From IMG/VR virus record IMGVR_UViG_3300037961_003088, positions 1 to 56,378 of that record: a stretch of DNA of 56,378 bases. One strand, 5' to 3'. Below the pieces are notes generated by a model. The model ran no database searches. It saw nothing but the letters and a program-made list of their open reading frames with translations, and had not been told where the DNA came from. Both the position numbers and the translations under genes were made by a program. How positions within the stretch are numbered: the stretch's first letter is position 1; each line of letters begins with the position of its first letter. Shown here in pieces: positions 21,651 through 30,479 of this stretch. The stretch is from a virus. Taxonomy: Duplodnaviria; Caudoviricetes.

Positions 21651-22732
21651 TGTCTCCTACTTTTATATTTAGAAGCAAAAGGTTTATCACTTAAAGGTGA
21701 TGTAATTTTTTCACCCCAACTTCTTTTTCTCCAATTAGGATTTATTTGTTCCATACATTTTCGTAAAAAATCTTCTTCTGCTTGCAATCTATCAGGTCTT
21801 TCCCATGCGTTAGAAACCCACTCTGCTTTTGCCTCTTCTCCTATCTTGCCATTATAAGGACAAGGTGTTCCTGCTTTCCACATAGCTGAAAAAACTCTTT
21901 CATCTTGGCATAACAAAGCTACTGCTGCTACTTTCATGCCCATATCATAAACATACTTAGAAAGTTTCAATCTTTCACAGTTTTCATCTCTAATACTTTT
22001 ACCACCAGAAAAACCAAATATCTGCCCTTGATATGCTGCAGATAAACCTGTTGTGCAAAGATCCTGAGAATAACTCATTATGCTTGGTGCTATAGCAGAA
22101 GCTGGAGGTGCTTTTGTATTTATATTTTGTGTTATTACTTGTTCTGATTTACTTTCATTTATATTTCTATTTGTATTATTAGAAGTTGTATTATTCTCGT
22201 TTATATTTGTATTGTTAGTATTTACATTAGAATTTGATTCACTGTAATTATTATTAGTATTGGTATTATTTGAAGTTGAATTAGATTCATTATAATTACT
22301 ATTTGTATTGTTAGATGTAGTAGTGTTATTTACATTCTGATTTACAGTAGAATTAACAGTAGAATTTGATGTAGAAGTATTAACGTTAGTATTGGTATTA
22401 TTATTTGTACTAGTATTTACATTAGTATTATTAGCTGAAGAAGTAGATGTATTGACATTTGTATTAGTATTATTAGCAGTACTAGTATTTGTATTTACAT
22501 TAGTATTGCTAGCTGTTGATGTTGAAGTATTAACATTTGTATTTGAATTAGTATTTGTATTTGTATTTGTGTTGGTATTTGTATTTGTATTTGTAGTCGT
22601 TGTCGTATTAGTTGTATTTAATGCCTCACAATACTGACTACCAACAGTACAAGTTCCTGTTTGTTCTTGTGCTAATAATTCATTACCACAATACAAAAAT
22701 ATAAAAAATATTATTAATCTACTTATCTTCAC
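21626..22732 (-). CDS. Secreted Thr/Asn-repeat protein with Cys-rich C-terminal domain
   Basis: GTG start at 22732 gives a signal peptide; ~155 aa of NTNxNT repeats; PPASAIAPS...DLC...DENCERLKL...LLCQD...AGTPCP domain. Confidence 0.75.
   Translation of the reverse strand: MKISRLIIFFIFLYCGNELLAQEQTGTCTVGSQYCEALNTTNTTTTTNTNTNTNTNTNTNTNSNTNVNTSTSTASNTNVNTNTSTANNTNTNVNTSTSSANNTNVNTSTNNNTNTNVNTSTSNSTVNSTVNQNVNNTTTSNNTNSNYNESNSTSNNTNTNNNYSESNSNVNTNNTNINENNTTSNNTNRNINESKSEQVITQNINTKAPPASAIAPSIMSYSQDLCTTGLSAAYQGQIFGFSGGKSIRDENCERLKLSKYVYDMGMKVAAVALLCQDERVFSAMWKAGTPCPYNGKIGEEAKAEWVSNAWERPDRLQAEEDFLRKCMEQINPNWRKRSWGEKITSPLSDKPFASKYKSRRQCLDEFYG
22150..22620 (-). repeat. Coding Thr-Asn alternating repeat
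   Basis: Runs of gtattt/gtatta hexamers on the + strand; NTNVNTSTS units. Confidence 0.9.
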
Positions 22733-23102
22733 CTTTAAATCCTTTTGAAGAGTTAGATGTGCCAGCATATAAACCAAACCATGCTGCACCAGCTCCAACT
22801 ATTATTGATATTAAACCTGATTGTTCAAAACTTGGCTCTTCTAAAGCCATAAACCACATTGTTGAATAATATAGTAAAAATATATATACACTTAAAAAAG
22901 CTCTAGGGAATATACGCCATGAATCTACAGCTCTCGCTAGATGAATCCATTTTTGGTGAGGATTAACATTTTTAGTATCTTCTAGCTCTCTTATTTTATC
23001 TTTTAGAGCACCTATTTCCTCTATCATAGCCATAAACTTTTTGAGGTCCATCTCGACCTCATTTCTGTCCATATCACCTCTAAATCTACTATCTTGATCC
23101 AT
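22719..23102 (-). CDS. Two-TM membrane protein, holin candidate
   Basis: Coiled coil followed by two hydrophobic helices (RIFPRAFL..., LISIIVGAGAAWFGLY). Confidence 0.6.
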   Translation of the reverse strand: MDQDSRFRGDMDRNEVEMDLKKFMAMIEEIGALKDKIRELEDTKNVNPHQKWIHLARAVDSWRIFPRAFLSVYIFLLYYSTMWFMALEEPSFEQSGLISIIVGAGAAWFGLYAGTSNSSKGFKGEDK

Positions 23103-23279
23103 TTATTTATCCTTTGCTTTTCCTACATTTAAAGCTAACCAATCTATAAATTTATAATATTTTTTTATTACTAAATCATCTTTGGGAGTATCTGTGCAAG
23201 CTGCAACTATGGAAGCAATCATTACTAACCAAGGTATTACTTGTACCCATCTTATAATATATTCAAAAAACTCTAACAT
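23103..23279 (-). CDS. Small membrane protein with TPKDD motif, holin-like (58 aa, not in ORF track)
   Basis: MLEFFEYIIRWVQVIPWLVMIASIVAACTDTPKDDLVIKKYYKFIDWLALNVGKAKDK; strong AGGAGG RBS. Confidence 0.75.
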   Translation of the reverse strand: MLEFFEYIIRWVQVIPWLVMIASIVAACTDTPKDDLVIKKYYKFIDWLALNVGKAKDK

Positions 23280-23307
23280 AATTCCTCCTGTAATTTTTTG
23301 ATTTTAT

Positions 23308-23727
23308 TTAATCTATAGGAATGTATATTTCCTTATCTATTAAAATTTGTCTATTTGCTAAATGTTGTGAGGCAATTTCATCTTTACTTTGTCCTTTATA
23401 TGCAACTGCATGATGTTTATCAATCATTAAAAGATTAATATTTTTTCCATCACAATATATTTCGCCAAGTACTCTACCAAATTTACCTTTACCATCTACA
23501 CTAGTTTTTATAACGTGATCATCAGATGAAGCTAAACAATAAGATAAAAAGTCTTTTGCAAGTTTACCTCTAGCTTTTTCATCTAAATCTCTAGTTCTAG
23601 ATTCTGGAGTATCAATACCAAATAAGCGTACTCTACATTTATGTAGAATAGAAAAACCTAAATCTATAACTACATCTATAGTATCGCCATCAACAACTCT
23701 ATCTAATTTAAACTTATATTCATACAT
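23308..23727 (-). CDS. Thermonuclease (SNase-like) family nuclease
   Basis: VVDGDTIDV...RVRLFGIDTPE...GKFGRVLG. Confidence 0.9.
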   Translation of the reverse strand: MYEYKFKLDRVVDGDTIDVVIDLGFSILHKCRVRLFGIDTPESRTRDLDEKARGKLAKDFLSYCLASSDDHVIKTSVDGKGKFGRVLGEIYCDGKNINLLMIDKHHAVAYKGQSKDEIASQHLANRQILIDKEIYIPID

Positions 23728-23969
23728 TATCTTCTTTTACCTTTATGCAAACCATGTCTAGCGTGTTGTTTGCCTTTTCTAGTTGCCTCTCTCTTTTTTC
23801 TATTAGCTGCAGCTAATTTTCTTCTGCCTTTTGGAGTAGACTTTAATCTTTCTATTTGTTTTCTAGGAGCATAAACTTCACCTGTTTCAGATGACTTTTT
23901 ACCACTAGCTGTAGTCCAATCTTGACCTGTCCATGTTTTTAAACTTTTTTGTGTTTTTTTAAGTGCCAT
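23727..23969 (-). CDS. Small Lys/Arg-rich protein (DUF5872-like)
   Basis: QKSLKTWTGQDW.T.SGKKSSETGE.Y.P pattern; very basic; GGAG RBS. Confidence 0.7.
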   Translation of the reverse strand: MALKKTQKSLKTWTGQDWTTASGKKSSETGEVYAPRKQIERLKSTPKGRRKLAAANRKKREATRKGKQHARHGLHKGKRR

Positions 23970-23970
23970 A

Positions 23971-24570
23971 TTATTCTCCAAAAATAACTATGTAAGAATC
24001 TGTTTTTCTAGGTTTACTAATATAATGCCTTTCTACTATGTGTGGCACATCACATATTTTAAGCAGTTCCCAAAAACTTTCTCTACCAGGATCACACATT
24101 AATAATTGTTTACCATCTTTGACAACTCTTTTAATAAACTTTTTCCACTGTTTAATATGTTTTTTCCAAAAACAAACATCACAAGCTATAAAATAATCGT
24201 AGTCTATTTCAAAATCTTTTTTAAAAAAATCATCACATAAAAATAAAGTACTTACATTATTTATATCTGCTACACACTTAAAATATGGTTCTACGTTAGG
24301 ATCTTTATCAACTCCTACTACATTTGCTCCATTTAAAGCTAAATAAGAACTTAAAACACCCCAACCGCAACCTAAATCTAAAACAAGATTATTGTCATGA
24401 AATCTTATATTTAAATCTTTAATTGCGTCTATTAAAACTAAACTAGAGTTCCATACTTTATTGCCATGATCTGTATGATCATTACAAGCATTTTTTAATT
24501 TTTTTATATTTGGATGATTAGATTTTGGTATTTCTAAATCATCAATGAATATACTATTTGTAACCGCCAC
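23971..24570 (-). CDS. Class I SAM-dependent methyltransferase, Methyltransf_16 (protein-lysine MTase)-like
   Basis: GNKVWNSSLVL, VLDLGCGWG motif I, IACDVCF motif, DPGR. Confidence 0.8.
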   Translation of the reverse strand: MAVTNSIFIDDLEIPKSNHPNIKKLKNACNDHTDHGNKVWNSSLVLIDAIKDLNIRFHDNNLVLDLGCGWGVLSSYLALNGANVVGVDKDPNVEPYFKCVADINNVSTLFLCDDFFKKDFEIDYDYFIACDVCFWKKHIKQWKKFIKRVVKDGKQLLMCDPGRESFWELLKICDVPHIVERHYISKPRKTDSYIVIFGE

Positions 24571-24850
24571 CTGCAGCCTTGTATTGTTTTGCTAACATCT
24601 GTGCTTTTCTTGCAGACCATTGACCAGGATTACCACCTTTACCGCCTGCTTTAATTTTATTAAATAATCTTTTTCTCATACCAGGTTTTGTGTAATTACC
24701 AGCTTCATTAACTCTGCTTTTGCTTTTTTTAGTTTTACCACCTTTTTTAAAATTTAAAGATTCTAAACTTTTTGCTTGATTAGCATGAGCCTTGCTAGCC
24801 TTTTTAAGCTTGCCTACAACTCTTGATATAACTTTTTTTGCTCTACTCAT
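24554..24850 (-). CDS. Small Lys/Arg-rich protein (DUF5872-like)
   Basis: NYTKPGMRKRLF..IKAGGKGGNPGQWSARKAQMLAKQYKAAGGGY. Confidence 0.75.
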   Translation of the reverse strand: MSRAKKVISRVVGKLKKASKAHANQAKSLESLNFKKGGKTKKSKSRVNEAGNYTKPGMRKRLFNKIKAGGKGGNPGQWSARKAQMLAKQYKAAGGGYK

Positions 24851-25029
24851 GATAAATACCTACTTACTACTAATGCTCCTACAATAAAAGGATATACTCC
24901 CCACAACATAAGTTCTAGTCTATCAAACCTTTTAGAACCATCTTCTAGACGCTTTTCTATATTTTCATAACGAATAGCACATTCTTTTTCATGTGAAATA
25001 ATTTTTTCCATAGAACTAACTTTTTTCAT
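24847..25029 (-). CDS. Small coiled-coil protein with C-terminal TM helix
   Basis: HEKECAIRYENIEKRL...LWGVYPFIVGALVV. Confidence 0.65.
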   Translation of the reverse strand: MKKVSSMEKIISHEKECAIRYENIEKRLEDGSKRFDRLELMLWGVYPFIVGALVVSRYLS

Positions 25030-25219
25030 TTTTATTTTTTTCAGATAATTCTTTTGAACTTTCTGGAACATCTATACCATTTGACCAATTCTTTAATTTT
25101 ATAACTACCTCTTCTCTAATTTGTGCCAACAAAGCTAGCTCTGTACCTTCCCAAGCTCCTCTTCTTACAGAAACATCTATTAGCTGTAAAACATTTGCAT
25201 AAAATTTTTGTTCATCCAT
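25016..25219 (-). CDS. Hypothetical protein downstream of tail fibre
   Basis: IDVSVRRGAWEGTEL motif; coupled ORF. Confidence 0.6.
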   Translation of the reverse strand: MDEQKFYANVLQLIDVSVRRGAWEGTELALLAQIREEVVIKLKNWSNGIDVPESSKELSEKNKNEKS

Positions 25220-25222
25220 ATC

Positions 25223-26869
25223 TTAACTACCTTCTAATGTAGCTATTCTAGCCTCTAGCTCTTGTATAGTTTTTACTAAGTTTGGCACTAGTACTGAATA
25301 ATCTAACATCCACTTTTCTGTATCAGAACCCTCTGTGACACCTCTTGCATACTCTCCTATATCATCAAAAGCTTGCTTATAAGATTGTGCTCCAAAACCA
25401 CATCCATTAGTTACACCCTCAGATGGTCTTGTATATTTTATTGGCTCTAGTTTAGAAATTAAATTCCAACCATCAGCAGGTCCTGTAATTGTTTTGTATC
25501 TTTCATCAGATTCTACTGCTAATGAAATAGAATCTCCTGAAAGGTCATAATCAAGTTTAGCTAAACTAGAATTAGTATTTTTTCTGTAGAATCTTATAAA
25601 TCTATAAAAAGAAGCGTCACCTGTATCTGAATCTAAGGCTAAAACTGCGTCATCATTACTACCTGATTTTCTAATATTACAAGCTTCATTTTCAAACATA
25701 CCACCACTAAATCCACCACCGACAAGCAAACCTGTACTAATTATAGACGCTGTTTCTGAACCACCTGTATCAAATCTGATTTTATCTTCGTCAGAGGATT
25801 CCTCACATTGAACTTTAGTGTCACCATCAGCGTCAGCTATTGATGTTGGTGTGCCAGCAGATACAGTGCCAAAAGATAAAGCTCCACTACCATTAGTTTT
25901 TAATACTTGATCAGCACTACCATCTGATGTTGGGAAAGTATAAGCTCCATTAAATTGCACAACTTGGCTTTCATTAACACCAATAGCTACATTAGAACCT
26001 ACAGTGCTACCATTACCTATTAAAAGATCATCTGCCGAATCATCTAAACCAATATAAAAATCCTGAGCATTACCATCAAAAACTAATTTTGTATCTTCTT
26101 CACCTGCGTCACCTATAGTTAAAGTTGGTGTTGAGCCATTTATTACTACAGGACTTGCTATTGAAATACTAGATCCATCTGCTGATAGACTATCTAAAGC
26201 AATATCGCCAACGTTAGTAATATTTGCGTCATTAAAAGATGTAGCTCCAAAAGTATTTGAAGCAGCTGTTGATGTAATACCAGCTGCTGCTGTTATACCT
26301 CCGCCATCAGCTATTGTGATAGCGTTATCTCCATCTGTAAAACCTATATTTGCTGTTTGCACTTCACCACTTACTAATAAGTCGCCACCTACAGAAGCGT
26401 CATCTGTAACTGTCAAATCATCACTAACTTTTAAATCTACTGTTGATAAACTTGCAAAAGCGTCATTTACTGCTGCACCTGAGCCTGCACCATCTAGATA
26501 AACTACCTTAACATCTCCTGGACCAATAGTTACTGTAGATCCAGAACCTTGTTTTATTATTATGTTTTGACTACCTGACGTACCATTCTCTATAAAATGA
26601 ACTCTCTTTAATGTATTTGGTCCTATTGTTATAGTACAAGCACTGTCTAATGTGCCTGTATATTTAATGTACATAGCTCTAGCTTCATCTGCTGAACCAT
26701 CAGCTACAGTAGAAGCATGAGTATCTGCATTTGTTGTAATAGCCTCAGTACCAAAACCTAAACCCTCTCCAACTAATTCTAAATTTGTATTAGTAGAAGT
26801 ACCCCATGTTCCAGCTTCATCACCTGTAGCTATTTCTTTTAATCTTAAATTGTTTACATACGTTGCCAT
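25223..26869 (-). CDS. Tail fibre/spike with C-terminal intramolecular chaperone (Peptidase S74-like)
   Basis: N-terminal GTWGTSTNTNL anchor; C-terminal SDERYK...GFGAQ...DYSVLVPNLVKTIQELEARIATLE. Confidence 0.85.
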   Translation of the reverse strand: MATYVNNLRLKEIATGDEAGTWGTSTNTNLELVGEGLGFGTEAITTNADTHASTVADGSADEARAMYIKYTGTLDSACTITIGPNTLKRVHFIENGTSGSQNIIIKQGSGSTVTIGPGDVKVVYLDGAGSGAAVNDAFASLSTVDLKVSDDLTVTDDASVGGDLLVSGEVQTANIGFTDGDNAITIADGGGITAAAGITSTAASNTFGATSFNDANITNVGDIALDSLSADGSSISIASPVVINGSTPTLTIGDAGEEDTKLVFDGNAQDFYIGLDDSADDLLIGNGSTVGSNVAIGVNESQVVQFNGAYTFPTSDGSADQVLKTNGSGALSFGTVSAGTPTSIADADGDTKVQCEESSDEDKIRFDTGGSETASIISTGLLVGGGFSGGMFENEACNIRKSGSNDDAVLALDSDTGDASFYRFIRFYRKNTNSSLAKLDYDLSGDSISLAVESDERYKTITGPADGWNLISKLEPIKYTRPSEGVTNGCGFGAQSYKQAFDDIGEYARGVTEGSDTEKWMLDYSVLVPNLVKTIQELEARIATLEGS

Positions 26870-26881
26870 AATTTTCCTTTG

Positions 26882-27349
26882 TTATGCCACCTCTTGCCAA
26901 TCAGGCGTTTGAGATGTACTTATATTACTATAATTTGGTGTTTGTGAAGTATCTATTGCTCCCCAAACATTTACTCCACCTAAACTTAGAGCTAATGCGT
27001 CTAATGTTGTTATAGAAGAATTAGCGTCTGCAGTTACTGTTTCATCCCCTAATGATGTTGTTCCAGCAAAACCTGTAACTGATAAATTGTTATTTGTAAT
27101 TAATGATTCATTACCTAGTGCTGAAGTTCCAACTAGTCCTGTAACCGCTACATTAGCTGTTGCTGTAACTGATTCATCACCTAAACCAGATGTAGCAACT
27201 ACTGCACTAACACCTGAAACAGTGCTTATAGAAACTGATTCGTTTCCTAAAGCTGATGTACCAGCAACTCCAGTAACATCAACTGGTAAAGGATTACTCC
27301 AAGCACCTTCTCCCCAAGTGCCTCTACCCCAACCATTAATTATTGCCAT
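26882..27349 (-). CDS. Virion structural protein with short beta repeats
   Basis: GWGRGTWGEGAW start, repeated VTG..GTSALG.E units. Confidence 0.6.
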   Translation of the reverse strand: MAIINGWGRGTWGEGAWSNPLPVDVTGVAGTSALGNESVSISTVSGVSAVVATSGLGDESVTATANVAVTGLVGTSALGNESLITNNNLSVTGFAGTTSLGDETVTADANSSITTLDALALSLGGVNVWGAIDTSQTPNYSNISTSQTPDWQEVA

Positions 27350-27351
27350 AG

Positions 27352-27783
27352 TTAAGCTATTCTAATTATTGCATTTGAAGCGTCTGCTGTAGGAAACTGT
27401 ATTGTAAAATCTCCAGCAGTAGAAGTTTTATCTGCTCCAAAATCTAAAACACAAACTGCAGGATCTCCTGAAGCAGTGTCATTAAATATTAAACAGCCTC
27501 TAGCTGTAACACTTGCATTACTAAAAGTTAAATCAGCAAAATCTGTAAGTGCTGTAGTGCTAGAAGTAGAGGGATCAACTCTAGTTAGAGAAGCTCCTTT
27601 AGCTGTATAGTTCGTACCACTAGCTTCATTAGAAGTAGTGTATGCTGTGGTAGAAGCGTCTAAGCTAGCTGAACTTGTATAAAGTGCTAGTTTAAAATCA
27701 TTACCACCTGAGTTTTTAAAATTATGCACACCCTCTAAAAGTTCTTTTTTAAATGATGTACACATTGCTTGCGTTATCGCCAT
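27352..27783 (-). CDS. Virion structural protein
   Basis: AITQAMCTSFKKELL...FKLALYTS...YTTSNE pattern of marine phage tail modules. Confidence 0.65.
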   Translation of the reverse strand: MAITQAMCTSFKKELLEGVHNFKNSGGNDFKLALYTSSASLDASTTAYTTSNEASGTNYTAKGASLTRVDPSTSSTTALTDFADLTFSNASVTARGCLIFNDTASGDPAVCVLDFGADKTSTAGDFTIQFPTADASNAIIRIA

Positions 27784-28073
27784 TATAATCTCCTTATAAT
27801 TTCAGCCATATCTTTATGACCTTGTTTTTCTAATAAACCTGCCACAGTAGCTCTATCACTTGATACAGCTTGTTTCATATATAATAGAATTAAATTAGTT
27901 ATTGATTCTTTAAAAGCTTCAGCTTGTGCTTTCACCATAGGATCAGCATTATCGCTTATTGATACTAATCTTTCTACTACTCTTTCTGTCCAATATTCAG
28001 GACTAAGACCTTTATTATGAGTTGTTTTTACTCCTATATCACCTACACCAGATTTAACATCTACATTAAACAT
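27783..28073 (-). CDS. Hypothetical protein
   Basis: Coupled ORF in tail operon. Confidence 0.6.
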   Translation of the reverse strand: MFNVDVKSGVGDIGVKTTHNKGLSPEYWTERVVERLVSISDNADPMVKAQAEAFKESITNLILLYMKQAVSSDRATVAGLLEKQGHKDMAEIIRRL

Positions 28074-28714
28074 TATGTTCTTCTAACTCTATAAACTCCA
28101 TCTCTGTACTGTTCTCTTGTATTTTCACCCTCTCCTAAAGTTTTTAATCTAGCTAAAGCTTGATCATATCTTTTTTCATAAACTTGCATTAAATCAGGAT
28201 CACCTTTCATATAAGTATAACCCTCTAACAAAGATCCGTATAGTAAAGCATTCTCAGCATTAGTTGATAACCATGTTGTACCACTATCTGCACCTGCAGT
28301 TATAGAAGCTGGTTTATAAAAATAATGTAATTCTGCGGTAAAAGTAGCATTAGGTGTAGGACCTAATATAAAAGTAGTATTATCAAATAAAGCATAGTGT
28401 TTTGGCACTCCTGTAGTTGAAGCGTTTGGATATGCTTCTCTTATAAAATTTACATCTTTATATAATAAAAATTCTTGACTACTTGAATTGGTTATAGATA
28501 AAGAAAAATTATCTAAAAAATCTGATGGAGTATTTAAATATTTATTACCAGAAGTTACAGAACCCTCTACATTTTTTCTAAATACAGGTAACTTTACACT
28601 TTTAAGTATTCTAACCTCTGCTTGTTCTATGATCTTAGGTAAATCTGCAACAAAAGTTGTTTCAGTATTCTCTAAATAATTTTGTATTAAACTTTTTAAT
28701 TCTGAATAGGTCAT
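28073..28714 (-). CDS. Head-tail adaptor/tail tubular-like protein
   Basis: MTYSELKS.IQ.Y, GPTP, LLYGSL.E.Y.YMKG motifs. Confidence 0.65.
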   Translation of the reverse strand: MTYSELKSLIQNYLENTETTFVADLPKIIEQAEVRILKSVKLPVFRKNVEGSVTSGNKYLNTPSDFLDNFSLSITNSSSQEFLLYKDVNFIREAYPNASTTGVPKHYALFDNTTFILGPTPNATFTAELHYFYKPASITAGADSGTTWLSTNAENALLYGSLLEGYTYMKGDPDLMQVYEKRYDQALARLKTLGEGENTREQYRDGVYRVRRT

Positions 28715-29025
28715 TCTATTACCACCTTAACTACTCCTGTTTCTCCACGTAAAATTATACCTGTGCTTGAAACTGGCTCAAAACCAAAATAAACTGTAGA
28801 ATCTTTTTCTCCAGAATCTGGTCTAGGGTTAAATAAAGCCATTGGATCTGATGTATTTAATCTTCCCACTTGAAACTGAGGATGATCAGGATCAAAACAA
28901 TCTGAACAAACTCTTAAACCATTTCTTGTTTCATCTTCTACTTCATATTTAAGTTCTTTTAATTTAAATGTAAAACCACATCTATCACAAATTCCTAGTG
29001 CTTTAGAAGCTTTTGCATATGCCAT
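28711..29025 (-). CDS. Zn-finger virion morphogenesis protein
   Basis: CDRCG...VCSDC.DPDHPQ...PRPD. Confidence 0.6.
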   Translation of the reverse strand: MAYAKASKALGICDRCGFTFKLKELKYEVEDETRNGLRVCSDCFDPDHPQFQVGRLNTSDPMALFNPRPDSGEKDSTVYFGFEPVSSTGIILRGETGVVKVVIE

Positions 29026-29027
29026 AA

Positions 29028-29720
29028 TTAATAAACAGTTCCACCTGGAACAAATTTTACTGCAGCTCTTTCTCTATCTGCGTCAGAAACTTCATCCCAT
29101 AGTTCTAAATATCTACCTCTGATCATATTAACTTTATTTAAAGCTTCAGGCTCTTTACAAGCTATGTTATAAGCTAAAGCATATGTTAAACATGGTAAAT
29201 ATCTAGCTGGTACATCTGCATTGTTAGAAGCAACTGAACCAGCGTCTTCTATTCTTTTTATATAATCGTAAACTAAAGTATATGTTTGCGAATCATCTGG
29301 TGTTGCCCATAAAACTATATTTATACCACTAGTTCCTTTATCTGCAAAAAATTGTGTAGGCTTTGATCTTAAAAGTTTTTTTGCTTGATGATTGTATTCT
29401 GTTCTAGATATTCTTGTAAGTTGTTGATCAAACTGTTTATCAGTATCTCCGCTATCAGTTCTTATAAAAGCGTCTACTATTTCTAGTGCTGATGTTTCTG
29501 CTGCATAGCTACTAGTACCTGCTGTAAGAGTTTGTGTTGCTTGTTCTATCTTCCAAAGATTTAGACCTTTATTTTGCCACTCTAAAAATATTAAATTTAA
29601 AGCTCTTCTTGCTGTTCTGTAGTCATATCCTGATCTCATGGTAAGACCACATAACTCATATGCTTCTTCCATAATATCAGATAAATCTAAATTAAATGTT
29701 GTTGTACCACTTGTTGCCAT
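29028..29720 (-). CDS. Head-tail connector protein (P22 gp4-like)
   Basis: MATSGT..F.LD..DI.EEAYE.CG...ARRALNL...W.N.GLNLW. Confidence 0.65.
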   Translation of the reverse strand: MATSGTTTFNLDLSDIMEEAYELCGLTMRSGYDYRTARRALNLIFLEWQNKGLNLWKIEQATQTLTAGTSSYAAETSALEIVDAFIRTDSGDTDKQFDQQLTRISRTEYNHQAKKLLRSKPTQFFADKGTSGINIVLWATPDDSQTYTLVYDYIKRIEDAGSVASNNADVPARYLPCLTYALAYNIACKEPEALNKVNMIRGRYLELWDEVSDADRERAAVKFVPGGTVY

Positions 29721-30010
29721 TATTTACCTTCTTTTCTTCTAATAGCTTCTTTACCTTTTTTAGCTATTCTTGCTTGTTCATTTTTACCTGCTACTTTAGC
29801 TCTTTGTTCTAAAACAGTAAGTATTTGTATTTTACGTGCAAAAGGTTTTTTTATTCTTTTTACTTTTGCTACAGTTGCTCTAGCGTCTGCTGGTGTAGCA
29901 TATTTAATACTAACTGTATCTTTTGGATTTTCATCAGTATATAGTCTTCTATCACTACCTTTTGGTTTTTTTCCTGTTCCTACTTTAGGATCTCTTCTTT
30001 TTCTTTTCAC
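29720..30010 (-). CDS. Small basic protein
   Basis: K/R-rich; [13 protein letters not shown] motif. Confidence 0.65.
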   Translation of the reverse strand: MKRKRRDPKVGTGKKPKGSDRRLYTDENPKDTVSIKYATPADARATVAKVKRIKKPFARKIQILTVLEQRAKVAGKNEQARIAKKGKEAIRRKEGK

Positions 30011-30128
30011 TTTTACCAGCTTTTTGTAGTGCTATAGCTACCGCTTGTTTTTGCGGTTTACCCTCTTTTCTAAGCTTTGATATATTATCGCTTATTACTT
30101 CTCTTGATCTTCCTTTTCTTAAAGGCAT
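29985..30128 (-). CDS. Small basic protein (47 aa, not in ORF track)
   Basis: [56 protein letters not shown] motif is common in phage proteins. Confidence 0.75.
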   Translation of the reverse strand: MPLRKGRSREVISDNISKLRKEGKPQKQAVAIALQKAGKSEKKKKRS

Positions 30129-30192
30129 TTTTTTTCCTCTTAGCAGGTGCTTTACTGGTCATTATTCTAGTATTGGCTCTTGTAATTACCAT
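30085..30192 (-). CDS. Small basic peptide (35 aa, not in ORF track)
   Basis: [38 protein letters not shown] overlaps the upstream gene end and the ORF fills the gap. Confidence 0.5.
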   Translation of the reverse strand: MVITRANTRIMTSKAPAKRKKNAFKKRKIKRSNKR

Positions 30193-30476
30193 TTTACTTT
30201 ATGTGACCAGTATCTAGCACTTAATTTGCTCGGATTAGGATCTTGTGCATTATGTCTAGCATAGTAGGATTTCCTACGTGCTTTATCCTTTTTTGTTTTA
30301 GGATTTTTACCTGCACCTTTTACACCTTGTTGTCCAAAACGAATTGTCTTAACTTTATCGCCATCTTTTGCGACAACAACATGAGACTTAGTTGGATGAT
30401 TAGGTGTTCTTTTAGGTTTGTTATAGCCTGAAACTCCTGCTTTAGCCAACCTAGAATCCTTTGAGGCTCTAGACAT
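30186..30476 (-). CDS. Small basic protein
   Basis: KTIRFGQQG...RRKSYYARH...SARYWS..VKW. Confidence 0.75.
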   Translation of the reverse strand: MSRASKDSRLAKAGVSGYNKPKRTPNHPTKSHVVVAKDGDKVKTIRFGQQGVKGAGKNPKTKKDKARRKSYYARHNAQDPNPSKLSARYWSHKVKW

Positions 30477-30479
30477 ATT

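Noticed and set aside
22392-22637. Hydrophobic Val/Leu/Phe-repeat ORF on the + strand
   Set aside because: Antisense shadow of the Thr/Asn repeat
23971-24570. DNA methyltransferase (anti-restriction)
   Set aside because: Lacks (D/N)PP(Y/F) and PC catalytic motifs; the signature fits protein MTases
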